DNA of 53,469 bases from an uncultured Bacteroidales bacterium (lineage in GTDB: Bacteria; Bacteroidota; Bacteroidia; Bacteroidales; JAIORY01): positions 1 to 53,469 of the forward strand of contig CAYOKJ010000004.1 in the NCBI GenBank assembly GCA_964404485.1. The letters run 5' to 3'. The notes under the pieces are model-generated. The model searched no databases and had not been told where the DNA came from. It saw only the letters and a program-made list of their open reading frames with translations. The position numbers were made by a program, and so were the translations under genes. The first letter of the stretch is position 1. Each line of letters opens with the position of its first letter. Shown in pieces: positions 1-9,002 of the stretch.

Positions 1-2
1 AG

Positions 3-55
3 AAAGGAAAAAAGAAACGAAATATATCGGTAATTTGGATGTTCAGTTGGTATTA
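3..55 (+). repeat. Copy 1 of a 53-bp dispersed repeat (inverted copy at 13878-13930)
   Basis: aaaggaaaaaagaaacgaaatatatcggtaatttggatgttcagttggtatta is the exact reverse complement of 13878-13930 (compared base by base); it may extend beyond the left edge of the window. Confidence 0.9.
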
Positions 56-139
56 TCCCAGATTATATTCTCAACGCACTTAACGCTTTTTATTTTATAT
101 AATAAATTAATAAGTTAATTTTGTCAAAAAAACTTTTTA

Positions 140-922
140 GTGAGAAGACCACAATCCATAAACCTAATTTTTGCTCTCCTTGGCGGAATAGTTCTATTGT
201 TTATTATTGCACCGCTTGCCGGGATGTTTTTTTCGACAAGCACCACTGATATTATTGAAACAACAAAGGATTCAGAAGTTATAGATAGTATCTGGCTGAC
301 AATATTCACAGCTATGGGTGCAACATTTGTTTTTGCAATTGCAGCTATTCCATTTTCTTATTTGCTTGCTCGAAAAAATTTTCCTTTCAAGCGTTTAGTT
401 TTGGGTATCATCGATTTGCCAATAGTTATTCCTCATTCTGCTGCCGGAATTGCAATTCTTGGTTTTATTTCGAGAGATTCGTTTATTGGAAAAGTTGGTT
501 CTGAATTTGGTTTAAATTTTGTCGGTAGCCCTGTAGGAATATCTGTTGCTATGGCTTTTGTGAGCATTCCTTTTCTTATCAATGCTGCAAGAGATGGGTT
601 TTCCGGAGTTCCTGTTAAATTAGAAAAGGCAGCACTAAATTTGGGGGCTTCTCCTTTAAAAGTGTTTTTTACAATTTCGCTGCCCCTGGCTTGGCGGAAT
701 ATTGTAAGCGGGTTAATTTTAATGTTTGCCAGAGGAATGAGTGAATTTGGAGCGGTTGTAATTGTTGCTTATCATCCTATGGTTACTCCGATATTAATTT
801 GGGAGCGTTTTAGTTCTTTTGGTTTGCAATATGCACGACCTGTTGCTGTGATATTTATTTTGATAAGTTTAGTGTTTTTTGTTCTACTTCGTCTCCTCTC
901 TAAAAATAATAACAATGCTTGA
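140..922 (+). CDS. wtpB: Tungstate/molybdate ABC transporter permease (WtpB/ModB type)
   Basis: GTG start; hydrophobic; DLPIVIPHSAAGIA, EAA-like loop (LEKAALNLGASPLKVFFTISLPLA), FARGMSEFGAVVIVAYHP, which resemble WtpB more than E. coli ModB. Confidence 0.8.
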   Translation: MRRPQSINLIFALLGGIVLLFIIAPLAGMFFSTSTTDIIETTKDSEVIDSIWLTIFTAMGATFVFAIAAIPFSYLLARKNFPFKRLVLGIIDLPIVIPHSAAGIAILGFISRDSFIGKVGSEFGLNFVGSPVGISVAMAFVSIPFLINAARDGFSGVPVKLEKAALNLGASPLKVFFTISLPLAWRNIVSGLILMFARGMSEFGAVVIVAYHPMVTPILIWERFSSFGLQYARPVAVIFILISLVFFVLLRLLSKNNNNA

Positions 923-1970
923 TTTGCAAAATGTTTCTAAAAAACTTGATGGCTTTTCGATCAAGAATATTTCCTTTAATGTTGAGGAAGGAGATTATTA
1001 CATAATTTTAGGGCATTCAGGTGCGGGAAAAACAGTTATACTTGAAATTATTGCTGGTTTAATTACTCCCGATTCAGGTAAAGTTTTTTATTATGAAGAA
1101 GATATTACTTTCAGAAAAATTCAAAAACGTAAATTTGGTTTAGTTTTTCAGGATCATGCTATTTTTCCACATCTCTCTGTTAAGGAAAACATTGCCTATC
1201 CTTTGAAAAATAAAAAATTGTCAAAATCAATTATCAATATAAAAGTAAACGAACTTGCTGATGATTTTGAAATAAGTCACCTGTTAAATCGCAGAACAAC
1301 AAATCTTTCAGGTGGTGAACTTCAACGCATTGCATTAGCTCGTACTCTTGCTCTGGAACCTGATATCCTTTTGCTTGACGAACCATTATCTTCTCTTGAT
1401 GTTCAATTAAAAAATGACTTGCGACGATTGCTCAGAAATCTTAATAAAAAGGGACAAACAATAATTCATGTTACCCATGATTATGAAGAAGCAATTTTAC
1501 TTTCAAATAAAATTGCAGTTTTTCATGCAGGGAAAATAATTCAAAAAGGAGCAACAAATGATGTTTTTCATCATCCGGGTTCTGAGTTTGTTGCTAACTT
1601 TACAGGAATAAAAAATTATTTTCGTGTTACTTTAAAAAGTATTGGACAAAATGGATTGAAAGTTGCAAAAATCAATGATGTTGAGATTAAGCTTCTTTCA
1701 GAGGAAAAAAGCAATAAAGGTTTTATTATTATTCGTTGCGAAGATATTATTGTAAGTGATGAATTGCAAAAGTCGAGTGCAGCCAATAACTTTATTGGAA
1801 TAGTAACCGAAATTAATCCTATGAAACCGGGAATTGAAATTATTATTGACATAGGAATAATGATGACTGCAATGATTACAAGTAATTCTCTTAAGAGACT
1901 GCAAATTACTGAAGGTAGTAAAATGTGGATATCTTTTAAAGCTTCAGCAGTTAGATTATTATCCGATTAA
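915..1970 (+). CDS. wtpC: Tungstate/molybdate ABC transporter ATP-binding protein with C-terminal TOBE domain (WtpC/ModC type)
   Basis: Walker A GHSGAGKT, LSGGE signature, LLLDEP, H-loop VTHD, TOBE-like tail (GSKMWISFKASAV); ATG at 915 overlaps the permease stop (the ORF track start at 879 is probably too early). Confidence 0.8.
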   Translation: MLDLQNVSKKLDGFSIKNISFNVEEGDYYIILGHSGAGKTVILEIIAGLITPDSGKVFYYEEDITFRKIQKRKFGLVFQDHAIFPHLSVKENIAYPLKNKKLSKSIINIKVNELADDFEISHLLNRRTTNLSGGELQRIALARTLALEPDILLLDEPLSSLDVQLKNDLRRLLRNLNKKGQTIIHVTHDYEEAILLSNKIAVFHAGKIIQKGATNDVFHHPGSEFVANFTGIKNYFRVTLKSIGQNGLKVAKINDVEIKLLSEEKSNKGFIIIRCEDIIVSDELQKSSAANNFIGIVTEINPMKPGIEIIIDIGIMMTAMITSNSLKRLQITEGSKMWISFKASAVRLLSD

Positions 1971-2014
1971 TTTTTAATACTAATTATCAATTTGCATAAT
2001 TAGACAAATATTAA

Positions 2015-2022
2015 TATTTTTG
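2015..2022 (+). promoter_or_regulatory. Candidate Bacteroidota sigma70 -7 element (TATTTTTG) for the TPR regulator
   Basis: Matches TAnnTTTG, about 80 nt upstream of the start; AT-rich background makes chance matches likely. Confidence 0.45.
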
Positions 2023-2104
2023 ACCATTCAAACTTTATTATTAGTTAAATTCATTATTATGAAAAGTTCTAGATTAATTAATAATATTTAAATAAATATT
2101 TACT

Positions 2105-3913
2105 TTGAATTTACAATTTTTTATATCCGGTAAACGAAAATGCAGACTATTAATAGTATTGTGTTTTTTTACGATATTTTCAATTTATTCTTCTGATCAA
2201 GATTCAATTAATATTCTTATAAATAAATTACAACAATCAAAGCACGATTCATCACAAGTTAATCTTTTAAATAAAATTTCATTAAATTATTCGGATAACG
2301 ATTTACATAACTCTTTGAAATATGCCAGACAAGCATTAAATCTTTCAAACAAAATAAACTATAAACCGGGTATTGCAAAGGCAAATTGCAACCTTGGGAA
2401 TATCTTTAATGTGCAAAGAAAATATCAACCTGCAATAAATTACTTTTTGATAAGTATTAAAATTTTTGAAGAGCTTGGTAATAAAAAAGATATATCCAAA
2501 GCATATAATAATCTTGGATATATTCATCTTGTTCAGGGTGATTATATTCAGGCTCTTGATGCTTTTTTTAAATCCCTTATTTTTTCTACTGAACTTGGTG
2601 ATGATTATCAAACAGCATTTTCATTTAATTATATCGGAAATATATATTTTGGTCAAAAGCGTTATGAACTGGCATTAGATTATTATATGCAATCGTTTGA
2701 ATTGCGTAAAAAAATTAATGATAAAATTGGTATAGCAGCTTCCTATAATAATATTGGCGAGATATATCGTTTGCGAAAAGATTATAAAACAGCTTATGAT
2801 TATTATCAAAAAGCAGTTGAGTTAAATAAAGAAATCGGAAATTATATTTGGTTATCAATAAATTATCAAAATTTGGGAAGTATTTTTCAAGACCAGGGAG
2901 ATTATCAGAAAGCTATTTCATTTTTTCAGAAAGGTCTTGTAATTAGTGATAGTATTAGTGATAAAAATGGAATTTCATCGATAAACAACAGTATTGGCAA
3001 ATATTACGTAAAGTTAAACCAAAACACAATAGCAATTGATTATTTTAGCAAAGCATTGAAAGCTGCAAAAGAAGTTGTTGCACCATATGAAATGTTAAAA
3101 AGTTATATAGGTTTAAGCAATGCTTATAAAAATAAAAAAGATTTTAAGACCTCATTGATTTTTTATAACCAATATTCCATATTAAATGATACACTTATAA
3201 ATATTGAAAAGGAAAGACAATTGTCTAAATTGCAAAATTATTATGAACTTGAAATATCAGAAAGTCAGATTATATTAAAAGACAAGGAGATTGAATTACT
3301 TGAAAATAATAAAAAAATTAATCAACTTCAACAAACAATTTTAATAATTGGATTGTTGATTTTAGTCATTCTTGGAATACTTACTTTTATACGTCAAAAA
3401 AATAAAACAAAAAAAAATAAAGAACTTTTAGAAAAAAATAAACAAATTCATGAAGCTCAAAAATCATTAATGAGTACCACAATAAATAATAAAAATAATG
3501 AGCTAATAAATTTCGCTTTACATATCGGTCATAAAAACGAATTTATTCAATCAATTAAATCCGATATAAAAAACATTAAAATCAAAAGTGAAAAAGAAGA
3601 CTCTAATTTGATAAAAGATCTTAATTTTAAAATAAATCAAAATCTTAGAGTAAACCGTGAATTAGAAGAGTTTCAAAATGATGTTAATAAAGTTAACAGA
3701 GACTTTTTTAATAAACTTTATGAAAAATATCCTAATCTCACAAAAAACGAAAAACATCTTACAGCTCTGCTTCGATTAAATTTATCCTCCAAAGAAATTG
3801 CTTCATTGAACAATATTTCAACAAAAGCTGTTGAAATGAGCAGATATCGATTGAGAAAAAAATTGAATATTGATTCGAATTCAAGTCTTTCTGATTTTCT
3901 TCATAAACTTTAA
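2105..3913 (+). CDS. Membrane-anchored TPR sensor with C-terminal LuxR-type HTH (one-component regulator)
   Basis: TTG start and signal-like N-terminus; about 7-8 TPR motifs (AYNNLG, SYNNIG, NYQNLG); one TM (ILIIGLLILVILGILTFI); coiled coil; HTH LTKNEKHLTALLRLNLSSKEIASLNNISTKAVEMSRYRLRKKL. Confidence 0.85.
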   Translation: MNLQFFISGKRKCRLLIVLCFFTIFSIYSSDQDSINILINKLQQSKHDSSQVNLLNKISLNYSDNDLHNSLKYARQALNLSNKINYKPGIAKANCNLGNIFNVQRKYQPAINYFLISIKIFEELGNKKDISKAYNNLGYIHLVQGDYIQALDAFFKSLIFSTELGDDYQTAFSFNYIGNIYFGQKRYELALDYYMQSFELRKKINDKIGIAASYNNIGEIYRLRKDYKTAYDYYQKAVELNKEIGNYIWLSINYQNLGSIFQDQGDYQKAISFFQKGLVISDSISDKNGISSINNSIGKYYVKLNQNTIAIDYFSKALKAAKEVVAPYEMLKSYIGLSNAYKNKKDFKTSLIFYNQYSILNDTLINIEKERQLSKLQNYYELEISESQIILKDKEIELLENNKKINQLQQTILIIGLLILVILGILTFIRQKNKTKKNKELLEKNKQIHEAQKSLMSTTINNKNNELINFALHIGHKNEFIQSIKSDIKNIKIKSEKEDSNLIKDLNFKINQNLRVNRELEEFQNDVNKVNRDFFNKLYEKYPNLTKNEKHLTALLRLNLSSKEIASLNNISTKAVEMSRYRLRKKLNIDSNSSLSDFLHKL

Positions 3914-4041
3914 TCCCAATTCCTCATCAACTTCACTTCTGTCAGTAAAAATTCATTTGAAGAAAAACAATTTTCATTAATAATGATTTGAAGTATTGTG
4001 TAAAACCCATAACACCTGATATTCAAGAGTAATAAATATTG

Positions 4042-4103
4042 TTTGTAGAGTTAAAATAACTTCATAATTTTAAAAACGATAGTTTTGTAGAGGTGAAGTA
4101 GAG
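4042..4103 (+). promoter_or_regulatory. Helically phased GTAGAG direct repeats (candidate operator)
   Basis: GTAGAG at 4045-4050, 4087-4092 and 4098-4103 (spacings 42 and 11 bp); the first two are TTTGTAGAG; lies between the LuxR-type regulator and the ECF sigma gene. Confidence 0.5.
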
Positions 4104-4267
4104 CAGATTATTCTTAATAATCAGTTAAATATAAATAATATTGCCAGAAATAAAATTAGTCGCCTTACTTGATTTTTTTTATTTGTAAATTTTTAATTAG
4201 TATTTTGGTTTGGTAATTTGGATAAATGATTTGTAAGGCGACATTTTATTAAAAAAATATAATATAT

Positions 4268-4840
4268 ATGTCTTATTCAAGTAAAAACTTATCTGAATGT
4301 ATTGAGAATAATCCAAAAGCTCAACGAATGTTATACAAAAAATATTCACCGGGCATGCATTCCATTTGTTTACGTTTTGCCAGAAACAAAATGGATGCAG
4401 ATGATATTCTACAAGAAGGGTTTATTAAAATTTTTACTAAGCTAAAGGATTTTAGAAATGAAGGCTCTTTCGAAGGCTGGATGAGAAGAATAATTATCAA
4501 CACCTCTATTAATTTTTACAAAAGAAAATACCCTTATTTTAAAGATGTTGATTTTGAATCAAACAGATTGACAGGTTTAATGTATAATAGTGCGATTGAT
4601 GAAATTTCTCAAAAAGAAATACTTCAGTTAATTAATGATCTTCCAAAAGGATACCGTACTGTTTTTAATCTTAATGCAATTCAGGGATATTCTCATAAAG
4701 AAATTGGAAAGAAATTGAATATATCTTCTAATACCTCTAAGTCACAATTAACAAGAGCAAAAAACTCTCTTCAAAATCAATTATGTATTTTAACACAAAT
4801 AGAAAAAACTCAAGTTGTTCAAGAGTTATGTGTTGCATAA
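4268..4840 (+). CDS. ECF-type RNA polymerase sigma-70 factor
   Basis: Region 2 (DADDILQEGFIKIF, GSFEGWMRRIIINTSINFY) and region 4 (LPKGYRTVFNLNAIQGYSHKEIGKKLNISSNTSKSQLTRAK). Confidence 0.93.
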   Translation: MSYSSKNLSECIENNPKAQRMLYKKYSPGMHSICLRFARNKMDADDILQEGFIKIFTKLKDFRNEGSFEGWMRRIIINTSINFYKRKYPYFKDVDFESNRLTGLMYNSAIDEISQKEILQLINDLPKGYRTVFNLNAIQGYSHKEIGKKLNISSNTSKSQLTRAKNSLQNQLCILTQIEKTQVVQELCVA

Positions 4841-4868
4841 AAAGAATTACATTGTTAATAAAAAATAT

Positions 4869-4902
4869 AAACCTGCCTTAATAAATTAGGCAGGTTTTTT
4901 TA
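4869..4902 (+). terminator. Intrinsic terminator after the ECF sigma gene
   Basis: 10-bp perfect stem aaacctgcct / aggcaggttt followed by a T-tract. Confidence 0.85.
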
Positions 4903-4926
4903 TTTTGCGGGATAAAATATTTACCT

Positions 4927-5955
4927 ATGAATTCAAATTGGAAAGCACCTGAAGATTGGTTAAAGATAAAAACAATTGAAGCACATACTGCCGGGGAACC
5001 GCTACGTATTTATATTGATGGTTTGCCTGAAATAAAAGGGCAAACAATTCTCGAAAAGAGAAAGTATTTTAAAGAAAACTTTGATTTCATAAGAACCGGG
5101 ACAATTTTCGAACCTCGGGGTCATGCAGATATGTATGGTGCAATAATTACAGAACCGCTAAGAAAAGATAGTGATTTTGGAACCTTCTTTTTACATAACG
5201 AAGGATATAGTACAATGTGCGGACATGCAATAATTGCTTTAACGAAAATTGCATTTCAAACTGGATTTATTAAAAAATATATAAAGAATCCGCTAATAAA
5301 AATTGACACACCTGCCGGCCAGGTTACTGCCTTCGCAAAAATCACAAACAATAAAGTAACTTCAGTGTCATTTCAAAATGTACCTTCATTTGTTTACAAA
5401 AAAGATTTACAAATTGAAGTTGAAGATATCGGGTCAGTAAAATTTGATATTGCATTTGGTGGAGCTTTTTATGCTTATGTTAATGCTGACGAAATCAATC
5501 TTGATCTTAGCGAAAATAATCATAACAAGATTATCGAGTACGGAAAAAAGATCAAAAATGCTGTAATGAAAAACATTGAAATTAAACATCCTTTTGAAAA
5601 GGATCTAAGTTTTTTATACGGAACAATCTTTATCAGTAAAGCTAAAAACCCTAAAAATCACAGCAGAAATGTTTGTATTTTTGCAGAAGGTGAACTTGAT
5701 AGAAGTCCAACCGGAACAGGAGTAAGTGCAAGAGCAGCTATACATTTTTCCAGAAATGAAATAAAAATAGATCAATCAATAACAATTGAAAGTATTCTTG
5801 GAACTTGCTTTGACGTAAAAGTTGTTAAAGAAACTAAATTTGGTGGCTTCAACGCAATAATTCCCGAAGTAAGTGGAAATGCTTATATTACTGGCAAAAA
5901 CACTTTTTATTTCGACCCTGAAGATCCATTAATAAAAGGATTTATTTTCAGATAA
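4927..5955 (+). CDS. Proline racemase superfamily protein, probably trans-3-hydroxy-L-proline dehydratase
   Basis: AHTAGEP, EPRGHADMYG, LHNEGYSTMCGH (catalytic Cys) and DRSPTGTG (Thr in place of the second Cys); the Cys/Thr pair is the dehydratase signature, whereas Cys/Cys marks racemases and epimerases. Confidence 0.85.
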   Translation: MNSNWKAPEDWLKIKTIEAHTAGEPLRIYIDGLPEIKGQTILEKRKYFKENFDFIRTGTIFEPRGHADMYGAIITEPLRKDSDFGTFFLHNEGYSTMCGHAIIALTKIAFQTGFIKKYIKNPLIKIDTPAGQVTAFAKITNNKVTSVSFQNVPSFVYKKDLQIEVEDIGSVKFDIAFGGAFYAYVNADEINLDLSENNHNKIIEYGKKIKNAVMKNIEIKHPFEKDLSFLYGTIFISKAKNPKNHSRNVCIFAEGELDRSPTGTGVSARAAIHFSRNEIKIDQSITIESILGTCFDVKVVKETKFGGFNAIIPEVSGNAYITGKNTFYFDPEDPLIKGFIFR

Positions 5956-6013
5956 TTAGCTAAAATGTTAATTTAATCTCAGAGATATTAATGTTAATAA
6001 ACAAAGAAAATAA

Positions 6014-7321
6014 ATGAAAAAAACGATAAATATCAGCCTGATACTTTGCTTTTTGTTAATCACAGTTTATTCTTTTAGTCAAAACACTGAAGAACTTTTT
6101 CTTTTGAAAAAACTTAAATCTATTTCTAAAGATAATATAATTGCATTAGAGCACACTTCGGTTTGCAAAGAAAAGTATCAGATAAAAATCACACAACCAT
6201 TAGATCATAATAATCTAGATGCAGGAAATTTTACTCAAAGAGTGTTTTTGTCGTTTAATGATTTATCAAAACCTGTTGTTTTTATCACAGAGGGATATTC
6301 AGCATCTTATGCGAAAAACCCGGCTTATCAAAATGAACTGACTAATATTATTGATGCAAATGAAATTTGTGTTGAACACAGATTTTTCGGAGAATCAGTA
6401 CCTGATTCGCTCGACTGGCAATATTTAACAGTAGAACAAGCAGCAAATGATCATCACAATGTTATTGAACTGCTAAAAAAAATCTACAAAGGAAAATGGG
6501 TAAGTACCGGAATAAGTAAAGGAGGACAAACTTGTATGTATCACAGATATTTCTTCCCGGATGATGTTGATGCAAGCGTTCCTTATGTTGCTCCATTAAA
6601 TTTTGCTTCAGAAGACCCCAGAGCTTATACTTTTTTGGAAAATGTTGGTGATTCAGCCTGTAGAGCAAAAATTTACAACTATCAGAAAACTATGCTTAAG
6701 GGCAAGAAAAAATATCTACCTAAATTTAAAAAACTGGCACATAAAAAAAATCTACACTATTCAATGGGCCTGGAGGCAGCATTTGAATTAACTGTTCTTG
6801 AATATCCTTTTGCGTTTTGGCAATGGGGAATTTTTAATTGCAATTCTATTCCTACTGATTTATCAGCAAAAAAAATGATAAATCATCTTGACAAAATTGC
6901 CGGAATTGATTGGATTTCTGAAGAAGGAGTTTCCAGACTTCTACCATTTTTTTACCAAGCTATGACTGAGATTGGTTTTTATGGATATGACACAACGAAT
7001 TTTCCGGGTTTAATAACCGCATTAAAAAAACCTGATTTCTATTTCACTTGCCCTGAGAATACAATATGCACCTTTAATCCTGAGCTAATGAAAAAAGTGG
7101 ATGCTTTTATCAGGCATGAGGCTCAAAACATGATTTTTATTTATGGCGAAACTGATCCATGGTCATCAACTTCAGTTGACCTTACGGGAAGAAAAAATAT
7201 GATAAAAATGGTGAAAAAAGGAGGTTCTCACCGAACACGAATCAAAAGTTTTTACGGTGAAGAAAAGGAGAAAATATATAAATCTCTTGAAAAATGGCTG
7301 AATTTAAAAATTATCAGATAA
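6014..7321 (+). CDS. Secreted serine peptidase, S28/S37 family (prolyl/tripeptidyl aminopeptidase-like)
   Basis: Signal peptide; FTQRV, EHRFFGES, nucleophile elbow GISKGG, YGETDPW. Confidence 0.85.
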   Translation: MKKTINISLILCFLLITVYSFSQNTEELFLLKKLKSISKDNIIALEHTSVCKEKYQIKITQPLDHNNLDAGNFTQRVFLSFNDLSKPVVFITEGYSASYAKNPAYQNELTNIIDANEICVEHRFFGESVPDSLDWQYLTVEQAANDHHNVIELLKKIYKGKWVSTGISKGGQTCMYHRYFFPDDVDASVPYVAPLNFASEDPRAYTFLENVGDSACRAKIYNYQKTMLKGKKKYLPKFKKLAHKKNLHYSMGLEAAFELTVLEYPFAFWQWGIFNCNSIPTDLSAKKMINHLDKIAGIDWISEEGVSRLLPFFYQAMTEIGFYGYDTTNFPGLITALKKPDFYFTCPENTICTFNPELMKKVDAFIRHEAQNMIFIYGETDPWSSTSVDLTGRKNMIKMVKKGGSHRTRIKSFYGEEKEKIYKSLEKWLNLKIIR

Positions 7322-7348
7322 TCTAAATATTGATAAAAACATTAAATC

Positions 7349-8992
7349 ATGAAAATATCTCTCATCCAAAAAGTTGTAATTTCAATTATATTAGGATTAA
7401 CAATTTTTAGTAATAATTATGCTTGCACTGATATTGTTGCTGGCAAAAAAGCAACCATAGATGGTTCGGTAATCACATCACATACAGGAGCTGCACCAGA
7501 GTGCAGAGTTCATGTTGTACATGGAAAAACTTTTAAGGCAGGTGAAATGGCTCCGGTTTATTTCGGACTTCAGGATGTTGAAAAACCACTTTATGAGTAT
7601 GGTGAAATTATTGGCTATATTCCTCAGGTTGAAAAAACTTACACCTATTTTCATTCAGGATATTCACACATGAATGAATTTCAACTTGCAATTGGTGAAA
7701 GTACAATGAGCCAGAAAAAAGAATTATGTGTTAGCCGGGAAAATGGTAAACAAATAATGACTATTGAGCAAGCTCAGGCATTTGCTTTACAAAGATGCAA
7801 AACTGCAAGAGAAGCAATAAAACTAATCACTTTTCTGGTTGACAAATATGGATTCCTGCCTTCATGTGGACCAAATTCAGAAGCATTATGTATTGCCGAC
7901 CCTAACGAAGCTTGGGTACTTGAAGTATTCAGCATTGGCCCTGACTGGAATCCCGAAAGTGGAAAAGCAGGAGCTATCTGGGCAGCTCAAAGAGTACCTG
8001 ATGATCATATTGCTATTGTTCCAAACTGGAGTATTATTAAACAGATCGACTTAAGCAAAGCTGATGAGTTTATGGCTTCAGAAAATTATAAACAAGTTGC
8101 AATTGATTATGGATGGTATAATCCAAATAGTGGAAACCCATTTATCTGGCAGGAAGTATACTCACCAATTGCAAGAGAATGGGCAATTAGCAGATTTTGG
8201 TTATTCCTCGAAACATTCGCTCCAAACTTTGAAAACCTCCCCGACAAAACATCCAAAAGTCCATTTGATGGGAATGTCCCTTACACTCAGTATCTGGAGT
8301 CAGTTTCATTCTTTCCTTTTTCAATAAAACCGGAAAAAAAAGTTTCTGTTCAGGATATAATAGCATTTCAAAGATCAGTTTTTAAGGGAACAATTTATGA
8401 TATGACTCTTGATAAAAACTGGCAAATCCCCGGAAAAGATGGAAAAATGGAAAAGAGCCCTCTGGCAACTCCTTTTCCAACAAAGGAAATGAGAAAATTA
8501 TTAGATATAACTTATCGCAGAATGGTTTCAAGAGGTGGTTATGGCATGGTATCTCAGCTAAGAAGCTGGTTGCCCGATCCCATCGGTGGTGTTTATTGGT
8601 TTTATGTAGACAATCAATATGTTAGCACTTATGTGCCAATTTATGCTGGAGTTCAAAATATTAATGAAATTTATAAAACTTATGACCCTGAAAATTTTAG
8701 TGAAAATTCAGCAAGATGGCTTATAGATTTTGTTGATAATTTAATGTATTTGAAATGGCAGGAGGCTGATAAAGATCTCAAAAAATATAGAGATCCTTTA
8801 GAAAAAAGTTTTTTTGATCAACAAGCTGAAGTTGAAAAAAAAGCTGTTGAACTTTTTAAAAAGAAACCAAAAAAAGCAAATCAGTTTCTAACTGAATACA
8901 CAGATAAATGCATGCTAGAAACAATTGAAATGTACAGAAATCTACGCAAAGTATTAATCACAAAATACACTAATAATAAACAAGGTTTATAA
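7349..8992 (+). CDS. C69 family dipeptidase (Ntn-hydrolase)
   Basis: Signal peptide directly followed by CT (N-terminal nucleophile Cys); MNEFQLAIGEST, IADPNEAWVLE, WAAQRVPDDH. Confidence 0.85.
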   Translation: MKISLIQKVVISIILGLTIFSNNYACTDIVAGKKATIDGSVITSHTGAAPECRVHVVHGKTFKAGEMAPVYFGLQDVEKPLYEYGEIIGYIPQVEKTYTYFHSGYSHMNEFQLAIGESTMSQKKELCVSRENGKQIMTIEQAQAFALQRCKTAREAIKLITFLVDKYGFLPSCGPNSEALCIADPNEAWVLEVFSIGPDWNPESGKAGAIWAAQRVPDDHIAIVPNWSIIKQIDLSKADEFMASENYKQVAIDYGWYNPNSGNPFIWQEVYSPIAREWAISRFWLFLETFAPNFENLPDKTSKSPFDGNVPYTQYLESVSFFPFSIKPEKKVSVQDIIAFQRSVFKGTIYDMTLDKNWQIPGKDGKMEKSPLATPFPTKEMRKLLDITYRRMVSRGGYGMVSQLRSWLPDPIGGVYWFYVDNQYVSTYVPIYAGVQNINEIYKTYDPENFSENSARWLIDFVDNLMYLKWQEADKDLKKYRDPLEKSFFDQQAEVEKKAVELFKKKPKKANQFLTEYTDKCMLETIEMYRNLRKVLITKYTNNKQGL

Positions 8993-9002
8993 ATCTTTGA
9001 TC

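Noticed and set aside
1-139. Possible Moco/Wco riboswitch upstream of wtpB
   Set aside because: No recognisable riboswitch core, and the same sequence recurs between convergent genes at 13.9 kb where a riboswitch makes no sense
3409-3417. A9 run just after the TM helix of the TPR-LuxR regulator (possible phase variation)
   Set aside because: Lys-rich stop-transfer segments routinely give A-runs at this AT content; unlike dnaX there is no known recoding precedent or domain-boundary logic
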